From positions 1 through 64,000 of IMG/VR virus record IMGVR_UViG_3300028640_000004: a stretch of DNA of 64,000 nt; one strand, written 5' to 3'. Numbering within the stretch: position 1 is the first letter of the stretch; every line of letters starts with the position of its first letter. Shown here one piece after another: positions 8,720-17,738 of the stretch. Below the pieces are notes generated by a model. It saw only the letters and a list, made by a program, of their open reading frames with translations, was not told the DNA's origin and searched no databases. The DNA comes from a virus. Its lineage: Duplodnaviria > Caudoviricetes. The translations under genes and the position numbers were made by a program.

Positions 8720-9352
8720 ATGGATGATACAATAAACAGTATAGAAAATTTATTACAGAAAGGTTTTTATTATCTTAGTGGATTTAAAAGTACCAATATA
8801 AAGATAAATAACAGTAATTCAAGATATGGTTCTTTAACTTATAATAGAAAACATAAGAATAAATCTATCTATTTTTCTGGATCTAGTTATCATATTCGGT
8901 TCTTTGAATTCTTTGGGGTTAATAATAAAAACTGTTTAATAAATAGATATCACTGCTTTGATCTTGATAAGATACTTACTCATAAACATGTTAATAAGGA
9001 ATTATGTTTAGAGTTATTTAATATTCTTAAAGAGTATTATAGTGTCTTACATGAGAAAGAATCATTAGCTGTAGATATTGATTATAATGTAGATCATCAT
9101 AGATCTGATGATTTGAAAAAATGTGAACTTATTATTTATAGAGAGAATGAAGTTATTGGATCAATAAATATTGGTGACTATATTGGTGATAAACAGGAAA
9201 GAAATTCTCAAGGATTGATTCTTACTAAATACGAAAAGGATATAATAGATAAGTTCATTAAAGCTTCTGATCAAATTCATTTACAGTTAGTAGATATAGA
9301 AACAAGGCTTAGAAAATTTGTACAATTAGATGAACTATTTGAAGCTATTTAA
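8720..9352 (+). CDS. Hypothetical protein (ends LFEAI)
   Basis: ORF track. Confidence 0.75.
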   Translation: MDDTINSIENLLQKGFYYLSGFKSTNIKINNSNSRYGSLTYNRKHKNKSIYFSGSSYHIRFFEFFGVNNKNCLINRYHCFDLDKILTHKHVNKELCLELFNILKEYYSVLHEKESLAVDIDYNVDHHRSDDLKKCELIIYRENEVIGSINIGDYIGDKQERNSQGLILTKYEKDIIDKFIKASDQIHLQLVDIETRLRKFVQLDELFEAI

Positions 9353-10124
9353 TAATTTTAAGAAGATAAAAGAATTAAAGACAGAGTATCTTAAAAGAAA
9401 GATAGAGATCTATAAAGATATAAAGAAAAATTATCCTACTTGCTTTAAAGATTTAACTGAACTCTCTGTCAATACAAGTGAAGAACTTATCTTTTTGTTA
9501 TCAACATTACCAAAGCTTAAGACCTCTAGATATGAAATATATAAGGACGGTAAGTATGGTGATAATGATATGACTTGGAGATATCCATATGAAGATTTTT
9601 ATTATCCTAATTGTTCATATGGAAGATTGAATGGACGAAATGGATTAAGTGGTATAGCAGTAGATGGTAATAAATTAGTATTACCTCAAAGATATTCGAA
9701 TGAAACTAGTGATATAAAGGTCGACTTATTATCGCTATCTAATATTGATATAGATAAAGCTAAGATGTTCATAGAGTTTGTTAGAAAGTTTGCTGAACTT
9801 AATAGGGTTAGATATTCTTATGGCGAATTATCTATTAATTTTGATGGAGAAGTGTTTATCAAAGATAGAGCGATTACTAATCTTATTACAATTGTAGATA
9901 AGAAAGAATATGGATTAGATTCTAAGAAGTACTTAGAAACTTTTAAACATTTATTAGAAGAGAATGATTCTTCTTATATATATCTTATTAAGAATTTTGA
10001 TATGGTAATAAAAGGATTAGAAGACGCTGAAGAAAAGAAGAAGAAAAATAAAAAAGATTTTGAAACATTATTTAAAGAGGTTAAAGATATTAATGATCCA
10101 TTAAGATTACTTAAAGATATATGA
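9330..10124 (+). CDS. Hypothetical protein, C-terminal coiled coil (ends LLKDI)
   Basis: ORF track. Confidence 0.75.
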   Translation: MNYLKLFNNFKKIKELKTEYLKRKIEIYKDIKKNYPTCFKDLTELSVNTSEELIFLLSTLPKLKTSRYEIYKDGKYGDNDMTWRYPYEDFYYPNCSYGRLNGRNGLSGIAVDGNKLVLPQRYSNETSDIKVDLLSLSNIDIDKAKMFIEFVRKFAELNRVRYSYGELSINFDGEVFIKDRAITNLITIVDKKEYGLDSKKYLETFKHLLEENDSSYIYLIKNFDMVIKGLEDAEEKKKKNKKDFETLFKEVKDINDPLRLLKDI

Positions 10125-10837
10125 GTACATTTAATGTAATAAAACAATTCGTTGAATTAGAAGAAGAGTTCAACAAGATAGATAAACATGCAGCTAAGCG
10201 TGAGTATTATGTAGATTTATCAAATAAAGTTATCTTACATGAAGGCCTTGTCAGTATAGCAAATAAGATAATTGAACAAAATTATAAGTTGTTCAATATA
10301 ATTACTAATCATTTAGAAAACTTATTAATATTAAGTAATAAGATAGATCCTGTTTGGTATATATATGAACATGGTAAAAAGAAATATACCATAAAACATG
10401 GATCGTTATATCCTTACAGGATGAGATCACCAATACCTTTAAAAGAAAATATATTTAATATTCAGAATATTAAAGTAACTAATTCAATACAGCAAGAGGT
10501 GGTTGATATGATAGCTAGCATATTAACACAAGATATTTATTATGATAAAAAATATATTAATAATAAATTCTATAAGATTAATGAGCTTCATTTAATATTC
10601 GATAGTTATAATATTCAACTACAAGATTCATTTAGATATAATAAGATGCTTTATTTTTCTGCAGTATATTTTCTTAAAGACTTATATGAGTACCACAAAC
10701 TATGGAATGAAAATAATGTAGTGGACACATTGAAAGAAGGTATTGCTATATTGAAACAAGATAATCTTTTATTGCAAGTATTAGCTGTTAAGTCTATACA
10801 AGATAATGAAAAATATAAATTAATTAATCAATTATGA
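10121..10837 (+). CDS. Hypothetical protein (ends LINQL)
   Basis: ORF track, ATGA overlap. Confidence 0.75.
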   Translation: MSTFNVIKQFVELEEEFNKIDKHAAKREYYVDLSNKVILHEGLVSIANKIIEQNYKLFNIITNHLENLLILSNKIDPVWYIYEHGKKKYTIKHGSLYPYRMRSPIPLKENIFNIQNIKVTNSIQQEVVDMIASILTQDIYYDKKYINNKFYKINELHLIFDSYNIQLQDSFRYNKMLYFSAVYFLKDLYEYHKLWNENNVVDTLKEGIAILKQDNLLLQVLAVKSIQDNEKYKLINQL

Positions 10838-11046
10838 GTAACGAAGTAAATACAATCATAAAAGAAAAAGCTAAAGAAATATTAATTGATACTGTTAGAG
10901 CTTTAATGGATGAGCCATATGGATGTTCAGTAGAAGAAATAGGAATGATATTGTCTGATGTTATTAATAAAGAAGAATTAATTAGAGGATTACATGCAGG
11001 AGAGACTCACGAAGGAGTACAAAGAGTGGAGAAAGAAGGTGCTTAA
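10834..11046 (+). CDS. Hypothetical protein
   Basis: ORF track. Confidence 0.55.
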   Translation: MSNEVNTIIKEKAKEILIDTVRALMDEPYGCSVEEIGMILSDVINKEELIRGLHAGETHEGVQRVEKEGA

Positions 11047-11299
11047 ACGTGATGGATATAGATGCCAACATTGTGGAGCTTGGAAGAAAGGTGCCAAGCT
11101 CCAAGTACATCATATCTTTAAGTGGCATAAGTATGAACACTTAAGGTATGATGTCCGTAATGGAATTGTATTATGTAAAACATGCCACGAATTATACGAT
11201 GAGAACGAGAGTATTATATGGCAAGTAAGATATAGGAAGTTAAAACAAAAGTATAATAAACTTAAAGAAAAATATAACCATGCCAAAGGTAATAGATAA
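10994..11299 (+). CDS. HNH endonuclease
   Basis: WRKKVLKRDGYRCQHCG...LQVHHI...NGIVLCKTCH. Confidence 0.9.
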   Translation: MQERLTKEYKEWRKKVLKRDGYRCQHCGAWKKGAKLQVHHIFKWHKYEHLRYDVRNGIVLCKTCHELYDENESIIWQVRYRKLKQKYNKLKEKYNHAKGNR

Positions 11300-11903
11300 T
11301 TTAGCTAGTAGTATTAAAGATCAGATCAATCAAGAATATAAAAGAGTTCATAAGAAGTTTGACTTCATTAAGAAACTTACTAAGGTTGATCATACTAATA
11401 ATGATAAGTTCTTTAGAGATGTCTTTGGATGTATATGTGACAAGGATAAAGAAGTTAATTGTACTATAACATCTCAAAGTGTTGATATGATTTTTAAGGA
11501 CGGTAAGTTCTTAGTCGACAATCAAGAAGTAAAGAATTTATTTGGAGCAAGTGTATATATTAAGAATAACATAGTCACATTAGATAGTTGTGATGTTGTT
11601 CTTGATTTGAATTTATTAGAATCAATTGCTTTTGATAAGCCTACATTTAAGAAGTGTCTTAAATTTATGGAAGAATATTCTGAGTTACTTAGATCATTAG
11701 ATATAATAAATGAGGCTAAGGAAACAGTAATAAGTTATCTTCAAAGTTTAAAGAAATTTCAATTGAATAATGAAATAGATATTAATTCAATTGACCCTAT
11801 TAAACTTAAGAAAGATATTACTAAGTTCAATAAAGATTATAATAAATTCGTAACTAAATTTAATACTTTTGCTTCTCCATATAACTTAATGATTGCATTA
11901 TAA
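11280..11903 (+). CDS. Hypothetical protein (ends LMIAL)
   Basis: ORF track. Confidence 0.75.
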   Translation: MPKVIDNLASSIKDQINQEYKRVHKKFDFIKKLTKVDHTNNDKFFRDVFGCICDKDKEVNCTITSQSVDMIFKDGKFLVDNQEVKNLFGASVYIKNNIVTLDSCDVVLDLNLLESIAFDKPTFKKCLKFMEEYSELLRSLDIINEAKETVISYLQSLKKFQLNNEIDINSIDPIKLKKDITKFNKDYNKFVTKFNTFASPYNLMIAL

Positions 11904-11904
11904 T

Positions 11905-12189
11905 ATGGAGTTAACTATACATAGTAACCTTTATATGTATATACCTTCTAGTTTTGTAATAAGTGAAGGCTTAGAGGAATTTTATTTCGCTAAGTTTTCA
12001 CTTAGAGAAGGTTATTTATATATAAACTTTAATAGAGGTGGAGAAAAAATACATAGAGATCATAACTCTAGAAAGATATATGTATATAATTTCTTTAAAA
12101 GATATAACATTAAATTACCTATGACATTTAAAGCAAAGGCGATTAAGTATGGTAAAAATAAATATAAGATATGGATCAATGTAAATTAG
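11905..12189 (+). CDS. Hypothetical protein (start likely MELTIH)
   Basis: ORF track 11893..12189. Confidence 0.6.
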   Translation: MELTIHSNLYMYIPSSFVISEGLEEFYFAKFSLREGYLYINFNRGGEKIHRDHNSRKIYVYNFFKRYNIKLPMTFKAKAIKYGKNKYKIWINVN

Positions 12190-12779
12190 AAAAATTCAAT
12201 AGAGGTGGTAGAATAAATTATTTATTTTCTTTACTTTCTATTAATAAAAGTTTTAGAAAAAAGATAGGTGGTGGTGTTTCTTTAAGTTCTAAGAATGGAT
12301 TAATTATTGGTAATAATAAATGGATTGTTTTAAATGAATTTAAAGGATTTATAAATCATAATTTATTTATTGTTGGACAATGGACAAATGGAAATACACC
12401 AATGATATATATAGATATCAATAGACTTAAAGATATTCCAAAGAGACGAGATGATATCTATGAAGCTGTAATTAATTTATTATTTCTTATTGAAAAAATT
12501 AATAGATTAATAGAAGAATTCAATACAACATGTAATGAAAATGATACTAAAATGTTTCATTACCATAAGCATTGTGATTTATTAAAGTTCTATTATAATA
12601 AAAATATATATGCTATTAATGATGATAAGAACTTATATAAAGATTTTAATAAACCAGATAAGAATGTATTAACATTATTATCTCAAGGACCAGCTAAAGA
12701 AATAGTCGACTTAGACAAGCAGATTAATAATTTACTAGACGAATCTATATCATCTTATTTATTATTAAGAGAATTATAA
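12171..12779 (+). CDS. Hypothetical protein (ends LLREL)
   Basis: ORF track. Confidence 0.7.
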   Translation: MDQCKLEKFNRGGRINYLFSLLSINKSFRKKIGGGVSLSSKNGLIIGNNKWIVLNEFKGFINHNLFIVGQWTNGNTPMIYIDINRLKDIPKRRDDIYEAVINLLFLIEKINRLIEEFNTTCNENDTKMFHYHKHCDLLKFYYNKNIYAINDDKNLYKDFNKPDKNVLTLLSQGPAKEIVDLDKQINNLLDESISSYLLLREL

Positions 12780-12827
12780 ATCATGAAATAAATAGAAATA
12801 ATAGATGGAACTTTTAGAAGTTCTGTT

Positions 12828-13196
12828 ATGATTTTTCTTAATTACTCACATAAAGAACTTAATGACTATTTAAAGAAGATAGGATTCACCACTGTAAAGC
12901 CATTAGAAAATGCTGCTGGATTATTCTTCTTATCAAAAAGAAAGGCAGATAATCTTATGGCTTGTGGTATCATAATATATAAATATGATAATGATATAAA
13001 ATCAAATGGTATACTTGTACATGAACTTAGTCATTTAGTCAGATACATTACATATGGAAAAGGTATGGATAATAAAGATATTACATCTGATGAGGTCTTT
13101 GCATATCTTATGGAGTTTTATTATACACAAGCTATAGAAAAAATTAACGATGAACAACAAAGAAAAAATAGAAAAGATAGAAAAAAAGATCAATAA
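12828..13196 (+). CDS. Small HEXXH zincin-like protein
   Basis: LVHELSHLV...DEVFAYL. Confidence 0.7.
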   Translation: MIFLNYSHKELNDYLKKIGFTTVKPLENAAGLFFLSKRKADNLMACGIIIYKYDNDIKSNGILVHELSHLVRYITYGKGMDNKDITSDEVFAYLMEFYYTQAIEKINDEQQRKNRKDRKKDQ

Positions 13197-13593
13197 GTTA
13201 AGAGGACAAATATTTGATATAGAGAAAGAAGAAGTTACTCAAGTAATTGTACCTAAGTTAAAAAGTTTTATTGGAATGTGTTATAGGTGTGGAAATTCTG
13301 AACTTACTCTATATAAAATACTTGATGTAGTAATAGATAAGGATGTTAATAGACCTACATTTATTACAGAAAGAATATGTATTGGTGACGATACTCGTGA
13401 AACTTCCATAAGATTAACAGCTGAACCTATATTTGTTAACCATCATTATTGGAATAGAGCTATTCCTTTGTATGAAGCATATGAAGTGAAGGCTAGCAAA
13501 TATAATAATTTAAGAAAGGTCGTATTAGAAGAACTTAAAACATTTAAATTCTTAAAGAATTACTTAATCAATGGACAAGAGTGTGTTGAATAA
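13150..13593 (+). CDS. Hypothetical protein
   Basis: ORF track. Confidence 0.65.
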   Translation: MNNKEKIEKIEKKINKLRGQIFDIEKEEVTQVIVPKLKSFIGMCYRCGNSELTLYKILDVVIDKDVNRPTFITERICIGDDTRETSIRLTAEPIFVNHHYWNRAIPLYEAYEVKASKYNNLRKVVLEELKTFKFLKNYLINGQECVE

Positions 13594-13786
13594 ACAAGAA
13601 GGTGGAGATCACTACAAGAAGATGGTGATACAGCCTATTGAATTTATAATCAAGAATGGGTTAGGATTTATAGAAGGTAACATAATTAAGTATGTTTGTA
13701 GGTATAAAGATAAGAATGGTCTAGAAGACTTAAAGAAAGCTAGACATTATCTTGATATGCTTATTGAAAGTAATAATAAAGAATAA
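13571..13786 (+). CDS. DUF3310-like protein (T7 gp1.7-related)
   Basis: QEGGDHY...IQPIEFI...GFIEGNIIKYVCRYKDKNGLEDLKKARHYL. Confidence 0.85.
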   Translation: MDKSVLNKQEGGDHYKKMVIQPIEFIIKNGLGFIEGNIIKYVCRYKDKNGLEDLKKARHYLDMLIESNNKE

Positions 13787-13802
13787 ACGAAGATGTCTTC
13801 GT
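13787..13802. repeat. Dispersed palindrome copy 2: ACGAAGATGTCTTCGT
   Basis: Immediately after TAA; one central variant. Confidence 0.85.
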
Positions 13803-13812
13803 ATTTAAACTT

Positions 13813-14208
13813 ATGGTATATAAAATAAAAACAAACAAAAGAGAGATCTTATTAAGTGAAGATGAAAGATTCTTATCTGTTGTTGAAGAGAAAGAAGATG
13901 AAACTCATGCACAGATAAGAGAAACATTAAGTGAATACTTTGAAGCTTTAATCAAGAGAAAAGAATTTACTTTTGAGTTAAACAATAAGTCTATATCTTT
14001 ATATTATAAAAACATAACTGGTAGTACTAGGTTTGATGTTAGTGAACCAAAGCTTATATGTTCATTTAACTACTCATGTTATGTTAGTTTAGTTGATTGT
14101 AAGGAGAAGCTTGATAAGATTCGTTTTATTAAACACATAACTAACCATATGTTATGGAGATTAATAGAAAGAAATCAAGATGCTAATATAATTAAATATA
14201 ATAAATAA
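13813..14208 (+). CDS. Hypothetical protein
   Basis: ORF track. Confidence 0.65.
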   Translation: MVYKIKTNKREILLSEDERFLSVVEEKEDETHAQIRETLSEYFEALIKRKEFTFELNNKSISLYYKNITGSTRFDVSEPKLICSFNYSCYVSLVDCKEKLDKIRFIKHITNHMLWRLIERNQDANIIKYNK

Positions 14209-14212
14209 ACAA

Positions 14213-14623
14213 ATGAATTTTTTAACTAAAATATTAATAGGTATACTAGTATTATTTGGTTTTATGTTTTTAACAGGATTAATAATTTTATCAATTAATC
14301 CTAATAAAGATACAACGACTAATCAAAAAATAGAAACACCTAAGATTGAAGAGAAGAGTGAAGTAAGAGTAAGTACCCCTAAAGAATCTTTACCAATTAA
14401 TATGGATGAAGATCTTGTTATAGTATTTAAGGAAGGCTATATGGATGGATGTACTAAGTCAGGAAATACTAGTTATGATCAATGTTTATATACCTATAAG
14501 TATATATACAATGTACTAGGATCTAGTGGCATATTAGCTGAGTCTGCATATTATAATAAATATGGAAGAGTGTCTGATAATATGACAAATATAACATACC
14601 TAGCTGTTCTAAGCTGTATATAA
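14213..14623 (+). CDS. Membrane-anchored extracytoplasmic protein
   Basis: N-terminal TM helix, low-complexity linker, YMDGC...QC domain. Confidence 0.7.
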   Translation: MNFLTKILIGILVLFGFMFLTGLIILSINPNKDTTTNQKIETPKIEEKSEVRVSTPKESLPINMDEDLVIVFKEGYMDGCTKSGNTSYDQCLYTYKYIYNVLGSSGILAESAYYNKYGRVSDNMTNITYLAVLSCI

Positions 14624-14811
14624 CCATGAATAACAAAGGATTTCTAGATGCATTACTAATATTCAATGGGTTACTTTGGTTATTCGTAGGTGTATATACA
14701 TCTAATTGGTATTATATTGCTGGTAGTTTTATATGTATGTATATGGAGAAAGATCATTATTATATTGGTTATAAAAAACTATGAACATATCAATTTTAAT
14801 TATGAAAGAAT

Positions 14812-14982
14812 ATGAAGTATACATTTAAAAGATTAGAATCAGGATGGAATGATTCTGAATTCGAAAACAAATTAAAAGAACTATCTGATAAGATGGCAGA
14901 AGAAGGCTGGTCTTATTATGATATTAAGATCACATCTAATGGAAATAATTCCTTGATGATATTTAGTAGAGATGAAGTATAA
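14812..14982 (+). CDS. Small protein, DUF4177-like (MKYTFK...MAEEGW...MIFSR)
   Basis: Read from sequence; below ORF-track cutoff. Confidence 0.55.
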   Translation: MKYTFKRLESGWNDSEFENKLKELSDKMAEEGWSYYDIKITSNGNNSLMIFSRDEV

Positions 14983-15127
14983 AATATTTTATGTAAAGCA
15001 TGCCTATGATATTATAGAAGCTGATTCAGAAGAGCAGGCTATTGCAATGTTTTGGAATGAAGAGCGTGATGCAGTTGAAGAAGGCGAGACTAAGATAACT
15101 GAAGTACAGAAACAAGATGAAGTATAA
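14972..15127 (+). CDS. Small acidic protein (IEADSEEQA, DpnD/PcfM-like)
   Basis: Read from sequence. Confidence 0.55.
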   Translation: MKYKIFYVKHAYDIIEADSEEQAIAMFWNEERDAVEEGETKITEVQKQDEV

Positions 15128-15296
15128 AGTTATTACAGTAGCTAAAGTAGTTACTGCATACATAGTGGAAGCTGAATCTAAAGAAGAAGCTGAAGAAAAG
15201 TTTGATGATCTCGATTGGGTATCTCACGAAGAGTTATTAGATCATGAAATGGATTCAGAAGAAGAGATAATAGAAATTATAGAGGACGGTGAATAG
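15117..15296 (+). CDS. Small acidic protein (VEAESKEEA, DpnD/PcfM-like)
   Basis: Read from sequence; paralogue of previous ORF. Confidence 0.55.
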   Translation: MKYKVITVAKVVTAYIVEAESKEEAEEKFDDLDWVSHEELLDHEMDSEEEIIEIIEDGE

Positions 15297-15309
15297 CCGT
15301 CCTTTTTTT
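15283..15309 (+). terminator. Intrinsic terminator closing the early block
   Basis: AGGACGG-TGAATAG-CCGTCCT followed by T-run. Confidence 0.85.
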
Positions 15310-15320
15310 GTTGCTTTGCT

Positions 15321-15350
15321 TTGACAGAAATGTTTACTTATAGTTATAAT
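15321..15350 (+). promoter_or_regulatory. Sigma70-type promoter of the packaging operon (leaderless, ATG 6 nt after -10)
   Basis: TTGACA-N18-TATAAT-ATAAGT-ATG. Confidence 0.8.
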
Positions 15351-15356
15351 ATAAGT

Positions 15357-15587
15357 ATGAATAAAGTAAAAGTAATTCAACCTACTGTTGAACAAGAAAA
15401 AACAATTAATAAGAATAACTATAGTAAATTTTCTATAGGATTATTCATAGGGTTTCTGTGCTTTATTATCTTGTCTTCGATGTTGCCAGTTAATAGTTGG
15501 CTTAAGTTTATTATCATAATCTGTGGTGTAATAGTAATTGAAGATATTCATCATACTTTGAAACGGCTATGGCTGACCTCAATATAA
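15357..15587 (+). CDS. Small two-TM membrane protein (true start 15357; the ORF-track TTG is the -35 box)
   Basis: Two hydrophobic segments. Confidence 0.65.
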   Translation: MNKVKVIQPTVEQEKTINKNNYSKFSIGLFIGFLCFIILSSMLPVNSWLKFIIIICGVIVIEDIHHTLKRLWLTSI

Positions 15588-16105
15588 AACCTAAAGTAAC
15601 AGAATCTATATGGTTCAATGATAGTCCTCATAGAAAAATAGTATTCGATCTTACCTTAGAAGGTAAGACAGTTGAGGAAATAGCTAAAGCCGCAGGGGTT
15701 AAAGAGCATGTGGTGATTTATACTATGAATCATGCTCATTTCATCAATAAACTTAATAGGCATCTACAGGTAATGTATAATAAGTTATGCGTAGATAAGG
15801 TTAGAGTTCAGAAAGATCTTATAGATCTTTTATTTGGTACACTTACTAAGAAACTTCCAGTAAAAGATAGGCTTAATATGACAGATGATAAGATAGTTAA
15901 AGAACTTGTAGCTCTTACTAAGACAGATACTAATCCTGTTAGAATTAATAAGATCCAACAGAATAATACCTTTAATAATCATGGCAATGTAGGTACTGAT
16001 AGAGAAAAGAATCCTGTTAAACAAGAAGAAGAAGAACTTAATTTATTAAAGAGCTTCGGTATAATTAAAGAAGCTGAGATAATTGAGGAAGATGATACCG
16101 AATAA
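15569..16105 (+). CDS. Terminase small subunit (putative)
   Basis: N-terminal HTH (GKTVEEIAKAAGV), directly upstream of TerL. Confidence 0.6.
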   Translation: MADLNIKPKVTESIWFNDSPHRKIVFDLTLEGKTVEEIAKAAGVKEHVVIYTMNHAHFINKLNRHLQVMYNKLCVDKVRVQKDLIDLLFGTLTKKLPVKDRLNMTDDKIVKELVALTKTDTNPVRINKIQQNNTFNNHGNVGTDREKNPVKQEEEELNLLKSFGIIKEAEIIEEDDTE

Positions 16106-17738
16106 TGAAATCTTACAATTTATAAAGGAGAATAAATTAAAGACTAATAAGAGTGACAAGATAGAATTCTATGAACATAGGTTTCTATTAGATATCTTAC
16201 GAGATAATAATAAAAATATCGTTGTACAGAAATGTGTACAAGCTGGGGTCACTTTTACTGTAGTCCTTAAGATATTACACCTTGGTAATAAAGAAAACCT
16301 TAGCATCTTATATGTTCTTCCTAGTGGAAAAGATGCTAGGGATTTTGCCGTATCTAAATTTGATCCTGTAGTAGAACAATCTAAGCTTAGGGATACTGTT
16401 ACTAAAACAGAACTTGGTAAGACAAATGTCTGGAGCTCAGCTCTAAAGAAAATAGGCGGTTCATACTATTTCTTTAGAGGTGCGCAATCAGAATCAGGTG
16501 CACAATCTATTGATGGAGATATAGTCGTCAATGACGAGTATGACTTCCAACCCGCAGCATCTAGGAAAATGTTCCAAGAGCGTCTTGAGGGTTCTAAATC
16601 TAAGGGTATTAACTATTGTATTGGATATCCTATATCTGAAGCTAATGGAATACATGACATGTTTCTAGCTTCAGATAGGAAAGAGTGGTTTGTTACATGT
16701 AAAGCATGCGGTAAAAGACAGGTACTTACCTGGCCTAATAATATAGATAGGGAAAAAGAATGTTATTGCTGTGCCGATTGTCATGCAGAAATTTCTGATG
16801 AGGATAGGATTAATGGAGTATGGATACCTACTAACTCTAATGGTAATGGAGCAAGTGGGTATCATATCTCTAAGATGATGTTATCTTGGGTAACTGCTAC
16901 TGCTCTTATTAAGAAGTTCAGGACAGATCCGGCTAAGCATTTCTATAATTATACTCTCGGTCTTCCTTATTCTGATAGTACTTCCTCTATTAACAAGAAG
17001 ACCTTCGATAGTCTTAAGATTAGGTTTACTGACTATGTCAGGACCTATAAGAAAAACTCCTATAAGATAATAGGAATCGATCAAGGAAATAGATTCCATT
17101 ATTGTGAAGGTGTTGTTTCCCCTAAAGGATGTGTTATAACTAACATAAAGATCATAGATGAAGAGTCCGATCTATTTAAAGCCATAGAAGAATATAATCC
17201 AGATAAGGTAGTAATGGATATGGCTCCTAATAGATGGACAGCTTTAAGGATTCAAGAGAAGTTTGGATCAGATAAAGTATGGCTTGCTAATATCAGGACA
17301 TGGCAACTATCTAAACTTACTAAAGCTAAGATGAAGTACTATGAATTAAAGAGATCTTTAGGCTTAGTAAACATAGAGAGAAATGAAAGCGTGCAGCATA
17401 TGATAGACGCGCTTAATGATAAAGATATAGTATTCCTTAACGATATTGTAACATTAGAAGATGTTTATATTCATTTAAGGAACATGGTTCCTGCTAATGA
17501 AGTAAGAAATGGTGTTGTTAGAAAGGTGTTTAAGAAGACTGGAGTAGGAGATGATTATGGGTTCGCCATTAATATGATGTATGTTGCATCTAAGTTGATG
17601 ATTCCTAATCCAGAAGACTTTTTAGCACAGCTAGAGAATAAAGAACAACAGAAAGATATACCAAAGAGCTTAGAGAAAGCGATAGATAGAATGCTTAATG
17701 GTTATTGTGATCCTATAATTGTAATTAAACCAAAATAA
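16092..17738 (+). CDS. terL: Terminase large subunit, lambda GpA-like (start 16083 TTG or 16092 ATG)
   Basis: QKCVQAGVT Walker A, VVNDEYD Walker B, CKACG/CADC Zn motifs, IIGIDQG nuclease, DDYGFA. Confidence 0.9.
   Translation: MIPNNEILQFIKENKLKTNKSDKIEFYEHRFLLDILRDNNKNIVVQKCVQAGVTFTVVLKILHLGNKENLSILYVLPSGKDARDFAVSKFDPVVEQSKLRDTVTKTELGKTNVWSSALKKIGGSYYFFRGAQSESGAQSIDGDIVVNDEYDFQPAASRKMFQERLEGSKSKGINYCIGYPISEANGIHDMFLASDRKEWFVTCKACGKRQVLTWPNNIDREKECYCCADCHAEISDEDRINGVWIPTNSNGNGASGYHISKMMLSWVTATALIKKFRTDPAKHFYNYTLGLPYSDSTSSINKKTFDSLKIRFTDYVRTYKKNSYKIIGIDQGNRFHYCEGVVSPKGCVITNIKIIDEESDLFKAIEEYNPDKVVMDMAPNRWTALRIQEKFGSDKVWLANIRTWQLSKLTKAKMKYYELKRSLGLVNIERNESVQHMIDALNDKDIVFLNDIVTLEDVYIHLRNMVPANEVRNGVVRKVFKKTGVGDDYGFAINMMYVASKLMIPNPEDFLAQLENKEQQKDIPKSLEKAIDRMLNGYCDPIIVIKPK

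Noticed and set aside
15321-15356. ORF-track TTG start at 15321
   Set aside because: It is the TTGACA -35 box; the in-frame ATG at 15357 follows the -10 box
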